The notes below the pieces were generated by a model. The model was not told the DNA's origin. It ran no database searches and was given only the letters and a program-made list of their open reading frames with translations. Both the position numbers and the translations under genes were made by a program. From a virus: DNA of 39,558 nucleotides. Positions 6,784 to 14,690 of the stretch are shown here, one piece after another (the stretch's first letter is position 1; the number at the start of each line of letters is the position of its first letter). The DNA lies in IMG/VR virus record IMGVR_UViG_3300020119_000145, positions 1 to 39,558 of that record. One strand, written 5' to 3'.

Positions 6784-6968
6784 TCCGCAAAGTGCTGGAA
6801 GTCGAATGTTGTGCTGAATGCCCAAACCGGAAAACTATGGACGATGAAGAATGTTCGTTCGGCCCGCAACACACTTGCGCCAAAACAGGCATCAGTATTC
6901 GCAATATATTTGAGCTGCCGCCTACATGCCCGCTTTACTCAGCACCCCAGCCAGCGAGGAACGAATAA
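6780..6968 (+). CDS. Hypothetical Cys-rich protein (GTG start)
   Basis: Track ORF with a GTGA overlap to the previous stop. It contains CCAEC ... C ... C ... C. Confidence 0.45.
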   Translation: MIRKVLEVECCAECPNRKTMDDEECSFGPQHTCAKTGISIRNIFELPPTCPLYSAPQPARNE

Positions 6969-7148
6969 ATGGGTCATTTTATTGGGGCTGTAGTTCTATT
7001 CACGGCGGCTTTTGCTCTTGGTTACCACGGTGGCGCGTACGGAAAAAATACATTGCTGGCTGAATGTGAAAAGACGTTACCGCGCAATCAGCATTGTGTG
7101 CTTCGTGCAGAACCCGCGCCGCAATCGGGAGAGAAATTAGATGAGTGA
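6969..7148 (+). CDS. Hypothetical 59-aa membrane protein (MGHFIGAVVLFTAAFALGYHGG...)
   Basis: Hand-translated. The ATG directly follows the previous stop (TAAATG). It has an N-terminal TM segment. Confidence 0.4.
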   Translation: MGHFIGAVVLFTAAFALGYHGGAYGKNTLLAECEKTLPRNQHCVLRAEPAPQSGEKLDE

Positions 7149-7581
7149 ATTAAGCAAATTGGTAGATCAACTAGAGAGCTTGTTGGGCCTCTATGACCTC
7201 AACACGCCGAGCTTTGATGAGGTTGTTGAGCGCTTGCGCAAACTTGCCAGCACAGCCCCGCAGCCGAGTGGGCAGGATATTCTCAGCGCGGCTAGAGAGG
7301 CTTTTGGTTACGAAGGCGGGCTACAAACCATCAACGCACATGACCTACAGTCTCTTGCGGAGGTGTTAAATGCCGCCCCGCCGCCCGCTGTCGTTGGTGC
7401 ATCGAGTGAGAACAAGAACGATCTCGAAGAATCCACCGAGTACAAACATCTTGCCTTGATCTGGAACAACTTCAAAAAGCTGGTCAATGCACAAGATATG
7501 CCAAAGCAAGGCGTCACGTTTGAAATGGTACAGGCTGCGAGAAGAATCTTGAAACTGGAAAGGCATGGAGAATCAAAATGA
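7141..7581 (+). CDS. Hypothetical protein
   Basis: Track ORF with GGGAGAG upstream. No family recognised. Confidence 0.55.
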   Translation: MSELSKLVDQLESLLGLYDLNTPSFDEVVERLRKLASTAPQPSGQDILSAAREAFGYEGGLQTINAHDLQSLAEVLNAAPPPAVVGASSENKNDLEESTEYKHLALIWNNFKKLVNAQDMPKQGVTFEMVQAARRILKLERHGESK

Positions 7582-7742
7582 CACAGGAATTTACATTGGA
7601 GGGGAGGCGCATTCTGGATGAAAAGACTATTGACGGCGAATTGCAACAGTTAGTTGAAACCGTTTACTCCCCCGTATGGGTCTGTACTTGTGGTGATTTG
7701 CGCTGTAAGCATATCACGCAGATTATTAAACAGGCAGCTTAA
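7578..7742 (+). CDS. Hypothetical 54-aa protein
   Basis: Hand-translated, with an ATGA overlap to the previous gene. Confidence 0.4.
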   Translation: MTQEFTLEGRRILDEKTIDGELQQLVETVYSPVWVCTCGDLRCKHITQIIKQAA

Positions 7743-7783
7743 TTCGGTTATGGTAGTATTTTACTATCGCAGGAGGAATCGAC

Positions 7784-7972
7784 ATGATTGATACGCTGAT
7801 ACATCTTATTATCTTGCTGGTTATTGGAGGGTTGGTTTGGTATCTGATTACTCTATTGCCCGTGCCAGCCCCCGTCAAACAAGTCATCAACATTTTTGCC
7901 ATCCTGATACTGATATTGTTGATAGTCAGCGTGTTCTTTGGTGGCATAAGCCATGGGGTGAGGCTAAGCTAA
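7784..7972 (+). CDS. Small two-TM membrane protein
   Basis: Track ORF. AGGAGG lies 7 nt upstream. Sequence is MIDTLIHLIILLVIGGLVWYLITLLPVPAP...ILILILLIVSVFFGG. Confidence 0.6.
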   Translation: MIDTLIHLIILLVIGGLVWYLITLLPVPAPVKQVINIFAILILILLIVSVFFGGISHGVRLS

Positions 7973-8046
7973 TCCTGTGATAGAATAAATAAATCGCGAT
8001 GCGAGATCGCCATAGTCCGGTCTATAAACCCGGAACAGGATAATTA

Positions 8047-9252
8047 ATGCCGTTATGTACCCGCCAGCTACCGATTCTCAGAGTCTCGTATTCAGCGGGC
8101 GCTGATGTCACGGCTCCTACGGTTGTATCGGCAGCGATTAACACGGCAGGTACGTCGTTAACCCTAACGATGAGCGAAACCTGCGTAATAGGAGCGGGAG
8201 GAAATGGCGGGTTAACCATCAGTCCTTCCGGTGGTGCAGCAACACTGACTTACAGCTCAGGCTCAGGCACCTCCAGTCTCGTTTATTCCATTAATCGAAC
8301 GATCCTCAGCACTGAAACCGTTACTCGATCCTATACTCAACCTGGAAACGGGATAGAGGACTCTTCACCAGCTGGTAATGATTTAGCTAGCTTTACCACA
8401 CAGTCCGTCACGAATAATTCGACGCAGACTGGCGGAACAATTCTATTCCAAGATGATTTTCTCACTGGGTATACATGGGGCTCGCTGCCCATGACCAGCC
8501 AGTCTACCTTTAACACGCAGGCCGGAAGTAACTGGCAATATAATAACGATATGTCAGCCAGCGGTACCGGTCAGGGCGGTATTGATGTTTGGCCAGCCGA
8601 TAGCAGTAAGCGCTGTTTCTTTATGAAATATGTCCAAAACGGCGATACCAATGTCATCGGCCATAAATTTGACCCCAATTTCACCATTGATACTGGGCGA
8701 CCCACCGATATTTATGTGCAGTGGAAAGAATATCGTTCAAGTAATTATGATGCAGGCCCTACTAAGGATTGGCGCGTTGATCTTTTTACAGCCGGGCACT
8801 GGAATGATTCGCATGATCAATTGGCATGTGAGGTTTATGGCGGCTGGGGCCGTGAATTAGGTACCGAAACAACCGGCGTGGATGCTGTTAACGATACCGG
8901 GGTTTTTATCCAAGGCGATTGGAATGGGACGGATTTTGGTGCAGGGACCGTTTGGCACCAGGGCATAACTTTGCCAAACGCCACCGTTTATAAATTCGAG
9001 CTGCATATAAAAGTCAATACACCGGGCAATCATGATGGTGCGCTAGAGATGTGGATTGATGGTACAAAATTGACGAATAGTGCTACCGGGATAAAGCTTA
9101 CCTCCACCACCCGCGATGCCCTCGGACAATCCTATATTGATGGGTTCCAGATGGGGATGGCTGCGACGAATGGACCATCGGGCGGTCCATTTGCGAGCAT
9201 AACAACGCGCTTTGTTACTGATTTTAAAATCGGTACGGCTTATATTGGGTGA
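8047..9252 (+). CDS. Putative glycan-binding or glycan-degrading virion protein (N-terminal Ig-like repeat domain plus C-terminal ConA-like/lyase-like jelly roll)
   Basis: Track ORF and the first gene after the early/late gap. The N-terminus is a Thr/Ser/Gly-rich beta-type domain. ELHIKVNTPGNHDGALEMWIDGTKL resembles lectin/lyase jelly-roll strands (from memory only). Confidence 0.4.
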   Translation: MPLCTRQLPILRVSYSAGADVTAPTVVSAAINTAGTSLTLTMSETCVIGAGGNGGLTISPSGGAATLTYSSGSGTSSLVYSINRTILSTETVTRSYTQPGNGIEDSSPAGNDLASFTTQSVTNNSTQTGGTILFQDDFLTGYTWGSLPMTSQSTFNTQAGSNWQYNNDMSASGTGQGGIDVWPADSSKRCFFMKYVQNGDTNVIGHKFDPNFTIDTGRPTDIYVQWKEYRSSNYDAGPTKDWRVDLFTAGHWNDSHDQLACEVYGGWGRELGTETTGVDAVNDTGVFIQGDWNGTDFGAGTVWHQGITLPNATVYKFELHIKVNTPGNHDGALEMWIDGTKLTNSATGIKLTSTTRDALGQSYIDGFQMGMAATNGPSGGPFASITTRFVTDFKIGTAYIG

Positions 9253-9255
9253 TGC

Positions 9256-9933
9256 ATGACCACTTTTTCTGATCCTTTTACACGAGCAAACGAAACGCCA
9301 TTAACATCGCCCAATTGGCAGACGCTCACCAGTTCCAGTGGGTTTGTGGGAGCAGGACTTAATCTTGCCTCCAATGCGGTCACCGCTCCGGCAACGGGGA
9401 ATCCGAATTTCTCAGCCATTACTACCACGGCCATGACGGCCAGCAAGACCCAGTTTGCACAAATCACGTTTACCACTGCCCCCACAGGATTTCCGAGCAT
9501 GGGGTTATTGGTGAACGGTCGCATAGCGACGTCTGGCTCTAACGGGTTTACCGTGGCTTACTCACAAGCGAACGGGACCGTCGATATTATTCGCTGGACG
9601 AGTAATTTTGAATTCCCCAATACCGATTTGGATGCCGGGGCAGGAACGACCACCTTTTCGCAATCAGCTTCTTTTGCGAACGGGGATGTATTGCGGTTCG
9701 AATGTGAGGACAAAGGGGTCACCGATTACGTCTCCCTGCGGGTTTATAAAAACGGGACCATTATCGGTGCCGAAGTGGTCGCTTCTTACCCCACCGCTAC
9801 GGCGGCCGGACAACCGGGGTTATTCAGTGATGCCGCTGCTAATGGGGTCATGGATTCCTTCAGCGGTGGTGACATTTCTGCCGCTGCATCGGCTAAACTA
9901 CTCTCCATGCTCAATAATCAAGCAGGCTTTTAA
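9256..9933 (+). CDS. Hypothetical structural-type protein (possible ConA-like fold)
   Basis: Track ORF. The DPFTRANETPLTSPNW N-terminus and beta-rich composition fit this. The function call is weak. Confidence 0.35.
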   Translation: MTTFSDPFTRANETPLTSPNWQTLTSSSGFVGAGLNLASNAVTAPATGNPNFSAITTTAMTASKTQFAQITFTTAPTGFPSMGLLVNGRIATSGSNGFTVAYSQANGTVDIIRWTSNFEFPNTDLDAGAGTTTFSQSASFANGDVLRFECEDKGVTDYVSLRVYKNGTIIGAEVVASYPTATAAGQPGLFSDAAANGVMDSFSGGDISAAASAKLLSMLNNQAGF

Positions 9934-9957
9934 CTCTCGCCGGGAGGCGACAAGGCA

Positions 9958-11439
9958 ATGAGTTCACAAACCGTCTTTGTTACCGCTGGCAAGACTTCGT
10001 TTAGCCACGATGTGGCGTTAGTCCAAAAAGCTGCCGCCACCTCTCCAGGCGATCCGATTACGGGCCTAGCCTTTAATACCAGCTCCCTCACAGCCTATTA
10101 CCGCATTCCTGCTACAGGAACCCTGACGGCGATTACGCTAGCGACGCAAACCGTGGGCGGTGCTTATAGCTCTGGCGGGTTTGTTGAAGTCTCCAGCACA
10201 AATGATCCAGGCGGGTATCGATTTGATCCTCCCAATGCGGTTCTAGCAACGGCAGGCGTATCAAAGGTTGTGTTCAATGGCGCAGCCAATATGGCGACGC
10301 ATACGGTTTATTATGTCTGCTTAGCCGCTGATTTCTTCACCAACACCTATTTAATCGCTGAAGTCACGCGCTGGAACGGTCAAGCCTTGACAGGCAAGAC
10401 GGGCTCCATTCCTGAATTTGGTATTGTCGATTCGGGTACGGCGCAAGCGGCTACGGGGACTACTCTTCAACTCCGATCTGCCGCTGCCTTTGCCGATTCT
10501 GAGTTGATTGGTGCCACAATTGTGATTGTGAGTGCGACTACGGGTGCAGGGCAGTCGCGTGTGATTACGGCTTATACCGGGTCTACCGATACCGCCACGG
10601 TCGATACCTGGACTACCACCCCGACGGGAACGATTGTTTATGTAGTGTTTGCCGGAAGCCCAGCGAGTACCAGCCTGCTGCCTTCGGTCAATTCTGTTCA
10701 ACAGGCCGGGGTTACTCTTAATGCCCCCTACATGACCTCCGGGACGGCACAGGCAGGGGGTAATAACACCATCACCCTCGCTGCGGGGGCCAGTGCGACC
10801 AATGGATTGTACGACCCAGGTCTTATTCGTATTGTGTCCGGTACGGGGGTGGGTCAGGCTCGAATGATCCTATCCTATGATGGAACAACGAAAATCGCGG
10901 TGGTGGATAGAGACTGGCGTACCAATCCTGACAGTACGTCCGTCTATGAAGTAACAGGTTTAGCCAATATTCTTTCTACGAATGAAGGCATGGCCACGGG
11001 TGGTGCGGCATCCACTATCACTCTTAATTCCAGTGCTTCCGCCACCGATAACTTATATCGAGGGCAATTGGTTCGCATTCCCTCTGGTGTAGGTCCTGAC
11101 CAAGTGCGGATTATTGTGAGCTATGTCGGGTCTACTAAAGTCGCTACCGTTGATCGGGCATGGGACACAACCCCGACGACAGCCAGTGCGTACCAGATTA
11201 TTCCGGTTGCTGATGCCTACAGCGTGTTGTGGCAGTCCGCTAATACCGAACTTGCAGCCGTTCCGGGCATTACAGCGACATTGGCGGATATGATTAAATG
11301 GGTCTTTACCCTGGGTAGAAACAAACGGACTCAGACTGCTACGACACAGTTGTTGAGAAACGATGCGGATTCTGCGACCATTGGGACGAGCACCGATAGT
11401 GATGACGGCACGACCGCCATTCGTGGCAAGTTTAGCTAA
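9958..11439 (+). CDS. Fibre-like protein with three internal ~72-aa repeats
   Basis: Track ORF. The unit SGTAQ..TL.L...AS...LY.G..I.I.SGTG.GQ.R.I..Y.G.TK.A.VD..W...P..TS.Y.I is visible three times (about 10432..11200). Confidence 0.5.
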   Translation: MSSQTVFVTAGKTSFSHDVALVQKAAATSPGDPITGLAFNTSSLTAYYRIPATGTLTAITLATQTVGGAYSSGGFVEVSSTNDPGGYRFDPPNAVLATAGVSKVVFNGAANMATHTVYYVCLAADFFTNTYLIAEVTRWNGQALTGKTGSIPEFGIVDSGTAQAATGTTLQLRSAAAFADSELIGATIVIVSATTGAGQSRVITAYTGSTDTATVDTWTTTPTGTIVYVVFAGSPASTSLLPSVNSVQQAGVTLNAPYMTSGTAQAGGNNTITLAAGASATNGLYDPGLIRIVSGTGVGQARMILSYDGTTKIAVVDRDWRTNPDSTSVYEVTGLANILSTNEGMATGGAASTITLNSSASATDNLYRGQLVRIPSGVGPDQVRIIVSYVGSTKVATVDRAWDTTPTTASAYQIIPVADAYSVLWQSANTELAAVPGITATLADMIKWVFTLGRNKRTQTATTQLLRNDADSATIGTSTDSDDGTTAIRGKFS

Positions 11440-11449
11440 GGGCTGACTT

Positions 11450-11956
11450 ATGGCGATTAATACTGCCGCGCGCCGCTATGCCTTCTTCGATGAGGGCATG
11501 ACCTTTCCCGATAATGGGACTTCCGCATTTGACCGGATGGCGCAAATCAATTTCTATTATCTGGTCGGGGGCGGGGGTGATACGACTCCTGATCAATTCA
11601 CTATTCAGGGGCAGTCAGGCGTTCCAAGAAGCACAGTGATAACCAGTGCTGGGGTTATTCCTGTCGGTTATGACACAGCTACCGCGGTTACGTCGTCGGG
11701 ATGCACGTGCGCAATTAATGGCGGGGCCTATTCAACGAGTCCTGGCAATTGTTCTCCCGGCGATACCATTACCGCAAGACTGACATCCTCGGCCAGTTAT
11801 TCCACTTTAGTTTCGGGAACCGTTACAATTGGCAGCGTGAGTGCTAATTTTAATGTAACCACTCTTGCGAATGTCCCGGCAGGCGGAGCCAATAAATTGA
11901 AGCGCGCAGTCAAGCAAGCCATTAAACGATTCGTTAAACGAGCAGTGAAGGCATAA
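11450..11956 (+). CDS. Hypothetical structural-type protein with cationic amphipathic C-terminal helix
   Basis: Track ORF. It has a beta-rich Ig-like middle part. The C-terminus is GGANKLKRAVKQAIKRFVKRAVKA. Confidence 0.4.
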   Translation: MAINTAARRYAFFDEGMTFPDNGTSAFDRMAQINFYYLVGGGGDTTPDQFTIQGQSGVPRSTVITSAGVIPVGYDTATAVTSSGCTCAINGGAYSTSPGNCSPGDTITARLTSSASYSTLVSGTVTIGSVSANFNVTTLANVPAGGANKLKRAVKQAIKRFVKRAVKA

Positions 11957-11958
11957 TC

Positions 11959-12252
11959 ATGACAGCAATGACTTTTAAGGCAGATGGAACCCTCAATGCT
12001 ACAGTGAGTGGCCCCACCTGGATTCATATTGAAAATGGGGCGACGTTTGGCGGCGGAACTATTGCCCTAAAGTTTCTAGGGGATGATGGTAATTTACATG
12101 CCATGCAGGATTCAGCCGGTGCCGTAGTGGCTTATGCTGCAGGGGCTGATGATTTTTATGACTTCCCCAATCAAGCCAATATTTCATTGGTTCTGAGTGG
12201 ATCGACCAGCCCCACGATTTATGCCCAGATTCGCACGGAGCCCCGCCGATGA
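11959..12252 (+). CDS. Hypothetical protein
   Basis: Track ORF packed tightly between neighbours (ATGA overlap at 12249). Confidence 0.45.
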   Translation: MTAMTFKADGTLNATVSGPTWIHIENGATFGGGTIALKFLGDDGNLHAMQDSAGAVVAYAAGADDFYDFPNQANISLVLSGSTSPTIYAQIRTEPRR

Positions 12253-12599
12253 TGCGAGCGATTAACGATGTGGTGTTCATTGAGCGCGATAAGTACGAAG
12301 GTGCTTTGATCGTCGATGAGAAAATGTGTCACGGTGTTGTGATTAGCGTGGGTCCGGGTCGCTGGAAGGCCAATGTCAAAGATATTCAGCCGGGCGGCAA
12401 AGTGGAAGAACGCTGGTATCCCACTAGCCTAAAAGAAGGCCAGCGGGTCTGCTTCAGCCTGGACAAGGGCGAGCAACATACCATTGAAGGCAAGAAGGTT
12501 GTCGTTATGCGTGAGGACGATATTGCCGGCGTGATCGAAGACGATACCTTTGTAAACGAGCATGGACTAAGAATTAGAGCAAAGGCTACGTTCTCATGA
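12249..12599 (+). CDS. GroES/Cpn10-like co-chaperonin
   Basis: MRAINDVVFIER, GVVISVGPGR, LKEGQRVCF and VVVMREDDIAGVIE align with remembered E. coli GroES (IRPLHDRVIVKR, GEVLAVGNGR, VKVGDIVIF, VLIMSESDILAIVE). The mobile loop is shortened. Confidence 0.65.
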   Translation: MMRAINDVVFIERDKYEGALIVDEKMCHGVVISVGPGRWKANVKDIQPGGKVEERWYPTSLKEGQRVCFSLDKGEQHTIEGKKVVVMREDDIAGVIEDDTFVNEHGLRIRAKATFS

Positions 12600-12775
12600 A
12601 ACCGCTTGCGGTCCTATGGGAAGCAATGAACAGCCTGCCCAAACCAGTGACCTACGAAGCTGCATTGGAGTGTGGCATGCAAGGTTGTTATGAAGCCAAA
12701 GAGAATCGAGAACAGTTTAAAGGCTGGTTCGAAACTAATGGCGACCATGTTCTATCAATGCTGAATGGGCAATAA
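12596..12775 (+). CDS. Hypothetical 59-aa protein
   Basis: Hand-translated, with an ATGA overlap to the GroES-like stop. Confidence 0.4.
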   Translation: MKPLAVLWEAMNSLPKPVTYEAALECGMQGCYEAKENREQFKGWFETNGDHVLSMLNGQ

Positions 12776-13091
12776 AATGAAGAGTGGCGTATCAAGAGCC
12801 GATGCCAACCGCAAGGTACGAATTGAGGCATTACGTGACCAGCTAGAGGCCAAGGGCCTCGTTCAACAAGTAATTGAGACGTCAGAGAAACTCGCCAACC
12901 TTGATGAAGAGCTGGACGCCGTTAAAGTTCAACGACTTAGGGCGGCTAATGAGTCCAGGTTTAAGCTCATCAACAAGTATCTCCCCGATGCTAAGGAAGA
13001 TCAGAATCTGAATCTGTCCGGCGTCTTAGGCATTACCGACATGACCGAGGAAGAGCTTGACCGCCGCATCGAGCAACTTAACAAAGTCTGA
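12765..13091 (+). CDS. Putative terminase small subunit (alternative start 12777)
   Basis: Called by position directly upstream of, and overlapping, the large terminase. It is small, charged and helical. No motif-level recognition. Confidence 0.45.
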   Translation: MGNKMKSGVSRADANRKVRIEALRDQLEAKGLVQQVIETSEKLANLDEELDAVKVQRLRAANESRFKLINKYLPDAKEDQNLNLSGVLGITDMTEEELDRRIEQLNKV

Positions 13092-14502
13092 GAAAGTAGA
13101 GCTTCTCACCTTGCTGGAAGAGAGGCAGCGACGCCTGAAGGATCGGCTAGCCCTCATTGACTACCAGTCCCTGTATGGCTGGCAACACGTATTCAACAAA
13201 GCCACCGCCCAATACCACGTTTGCATGCTGATGGCTGCCAACCAAGTGGGAAAGTCTAGGACTGGCTGTTTAATCGATTCGTTTCATTTAACTGGAGATT
13301 ACCCCGATGATTGGGAAGGCCATAGGTTTGAGTCTCCTACTACATGCTGGCTGCTGGGTTATTCAGGCGAAAAGACTCGCGACCTGCTCCAAAATAAATT
13401 ATTTGGCCGTATGGTTGGGCAACAGTTTGAGGGCGGGTATATCAAGGCTGCGGGCATCATTGATTACAAATCGATGTCTGGAACTAGCGGCGCTGTACGC
13501 GAAGTACGGGTTAGGCATCGGACTGGTGGAATCTCTATCTGTCAATTCTGGTCCTACTCCCAAGGCCAGCATGCGTTAATGGGCGATGTGGTCGATTGGT
13601 TTCATATCGACGAAGAACCCAAAGACAAGAATATCTACCCACAGGTTTTGACAAGAACGATCAACGGCGATAAAGGCAAAGGCGGCAGAGGCATTCTCAC
13701 CTTCACGCCAGAGAATGGACGGACAGAATTGGTGGTCCAGTTCATGGACACGCCGGGGGCCAGTGATTATTTACAAAGAGCCACGTGGGATGATGCTCCC
13801 CACTTATCCACAGAAACCAAAGAGCGATTATTAGCCCAGTACCCCGCTTGGCAACGTGACATGCGCTCCAAAGGTGAGCCCTTGCTTGGGGCTGGGCTTA
13901 TCTTTGATATCGATGATAATAAGATTAAATGCCAATCCTTCGAATGTCCTGATCATTGGTATCGTATTAACGGGATGGACTTTGGCTGGGATCATCCACA
14001 GGCTCATGTACAGCTATGGATTGATCGCGATACCGATACTGTCTATGTCGCGCATGCCTATAAAGCCTCCAGAACCAAACCGTACGAGGCTTGGCAGCAA
14101 GTTAGAGCCTGGGCGAAGGACATTCCTACGGCATGGCCCCATGATGGTCTACAGCATGAGAAATCATCCGGTGAAGAGCAGATGGCCAGCTATAAGCAGG
14201 AAGGCTGGAAGATGTTACCCGAGCATGCGACATGGCCCACTGGCGGTAACAGTGTGGAGCAGGGTTTAGTCGAACTCTATCGGGCTATGGATGACGGCAA
14301 ATTAAAAGTGTTTTCCCATTTAACCGATTTCTTCGCGGAAAAGCTGAATTATCATCGGGATGAAAAGGGCAATATTGTCAAGGTCCAAGATGATATAATT
14401 AGCGCCGTGCGTTATGCTTGGATGATGCGACGATTTGCCGTGCAAAAGGTTAAACGCGTTAAGCCGCAGACTATGTTGCAGCCTGCCGGGTGGATGGGAT
14501 GA
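13057..14502 (+). CDS. terL: Terminase large subunit (TTG start as in the track; start uncertain)
   Basis: Walker A-like AANQVGKSRTG and Walker B-like WFHIDEEP, plus a C-terminal nuclease-type region (GMDFGWDHP ... ISAVRYAWM). It sits upstream of the portal. Confidence 0.85.
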   Translation: MTAASSNLTKSEKVELLTLLEERQRRLKDRLALIDYQSLYGWQHVFNKATAQYHVCMLMAANQVGKSRTGCLIDSFHLTGDYPDDWEGHRFESPTTCWLLGYSGEKTRDLLQNKLFGRMVGQQFEGGYIKAAGIIDYKSMSGTSGAVREVRVRHRTGGISICQFWSYSQGQHALMGDVVDWFHIDEEPKDKNIYPQVLTRTINGDKGKGGRGILTFTPENGRTELVVQFMDTPGASDYLQRATWDDAPHLSTETKERLLAQYPAWQRDMRSKGEPLLGAGLIFDIDDNKIKCQSFECPDHWYRINGMDFGWDHPQAHVQLWIDRDTDTVYVAHAYKASRTKPYEAWQQVRAWAKDIPTAWPHDGLQHEKSSGEEQMASYKQEGWKMLPEHATWPTGGNSVEQGLVELYRAMDDGKLKVFSHLTDFFAEKLNYHRDEKGNIVKVQDDIISAVRYAWMMRRFAVQKVKRVKPQTMLQPAGWMG

Positions 14503-14690
14503 GCACAAAATCTATCATGGATCAGGGGTATGGGGTCATGCTCTATGACATCCGCCAGGATAAGCAGGCGGTCGGCTTTCTTGACGATATCTACGACATA
14601 GATCGAACATGGTTTAATGCCAACAAAACCTATATTTCTGATGAAGGATGTCAGATTGCCTGCTTCCCAATGAGTAAGATCAATGGCTGA
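14499..14690 (+). CDS. Hypothetical small protein between terminase and portal
   Basis: Track ORF trimmed to the ATG that makes an ATGA overlap with the terL stop. Confidence 0.45.
   Translation: MSTKSIMDQGYGVMLYDIRQDKQAVGFLDDIYDIDRTWFNANKTYISDEGCQIACFPMSKING

Noticed and set aside
13856-14269. 137-aa + strand ORF in an alternate frame of the large terminase
   Set aside because: It is nested in terL in another frame with no start context or recognisable motifs. The same applies to 18538..18933, 9608..9961, 24127..24474, 25146..25448 and 25550..25822.
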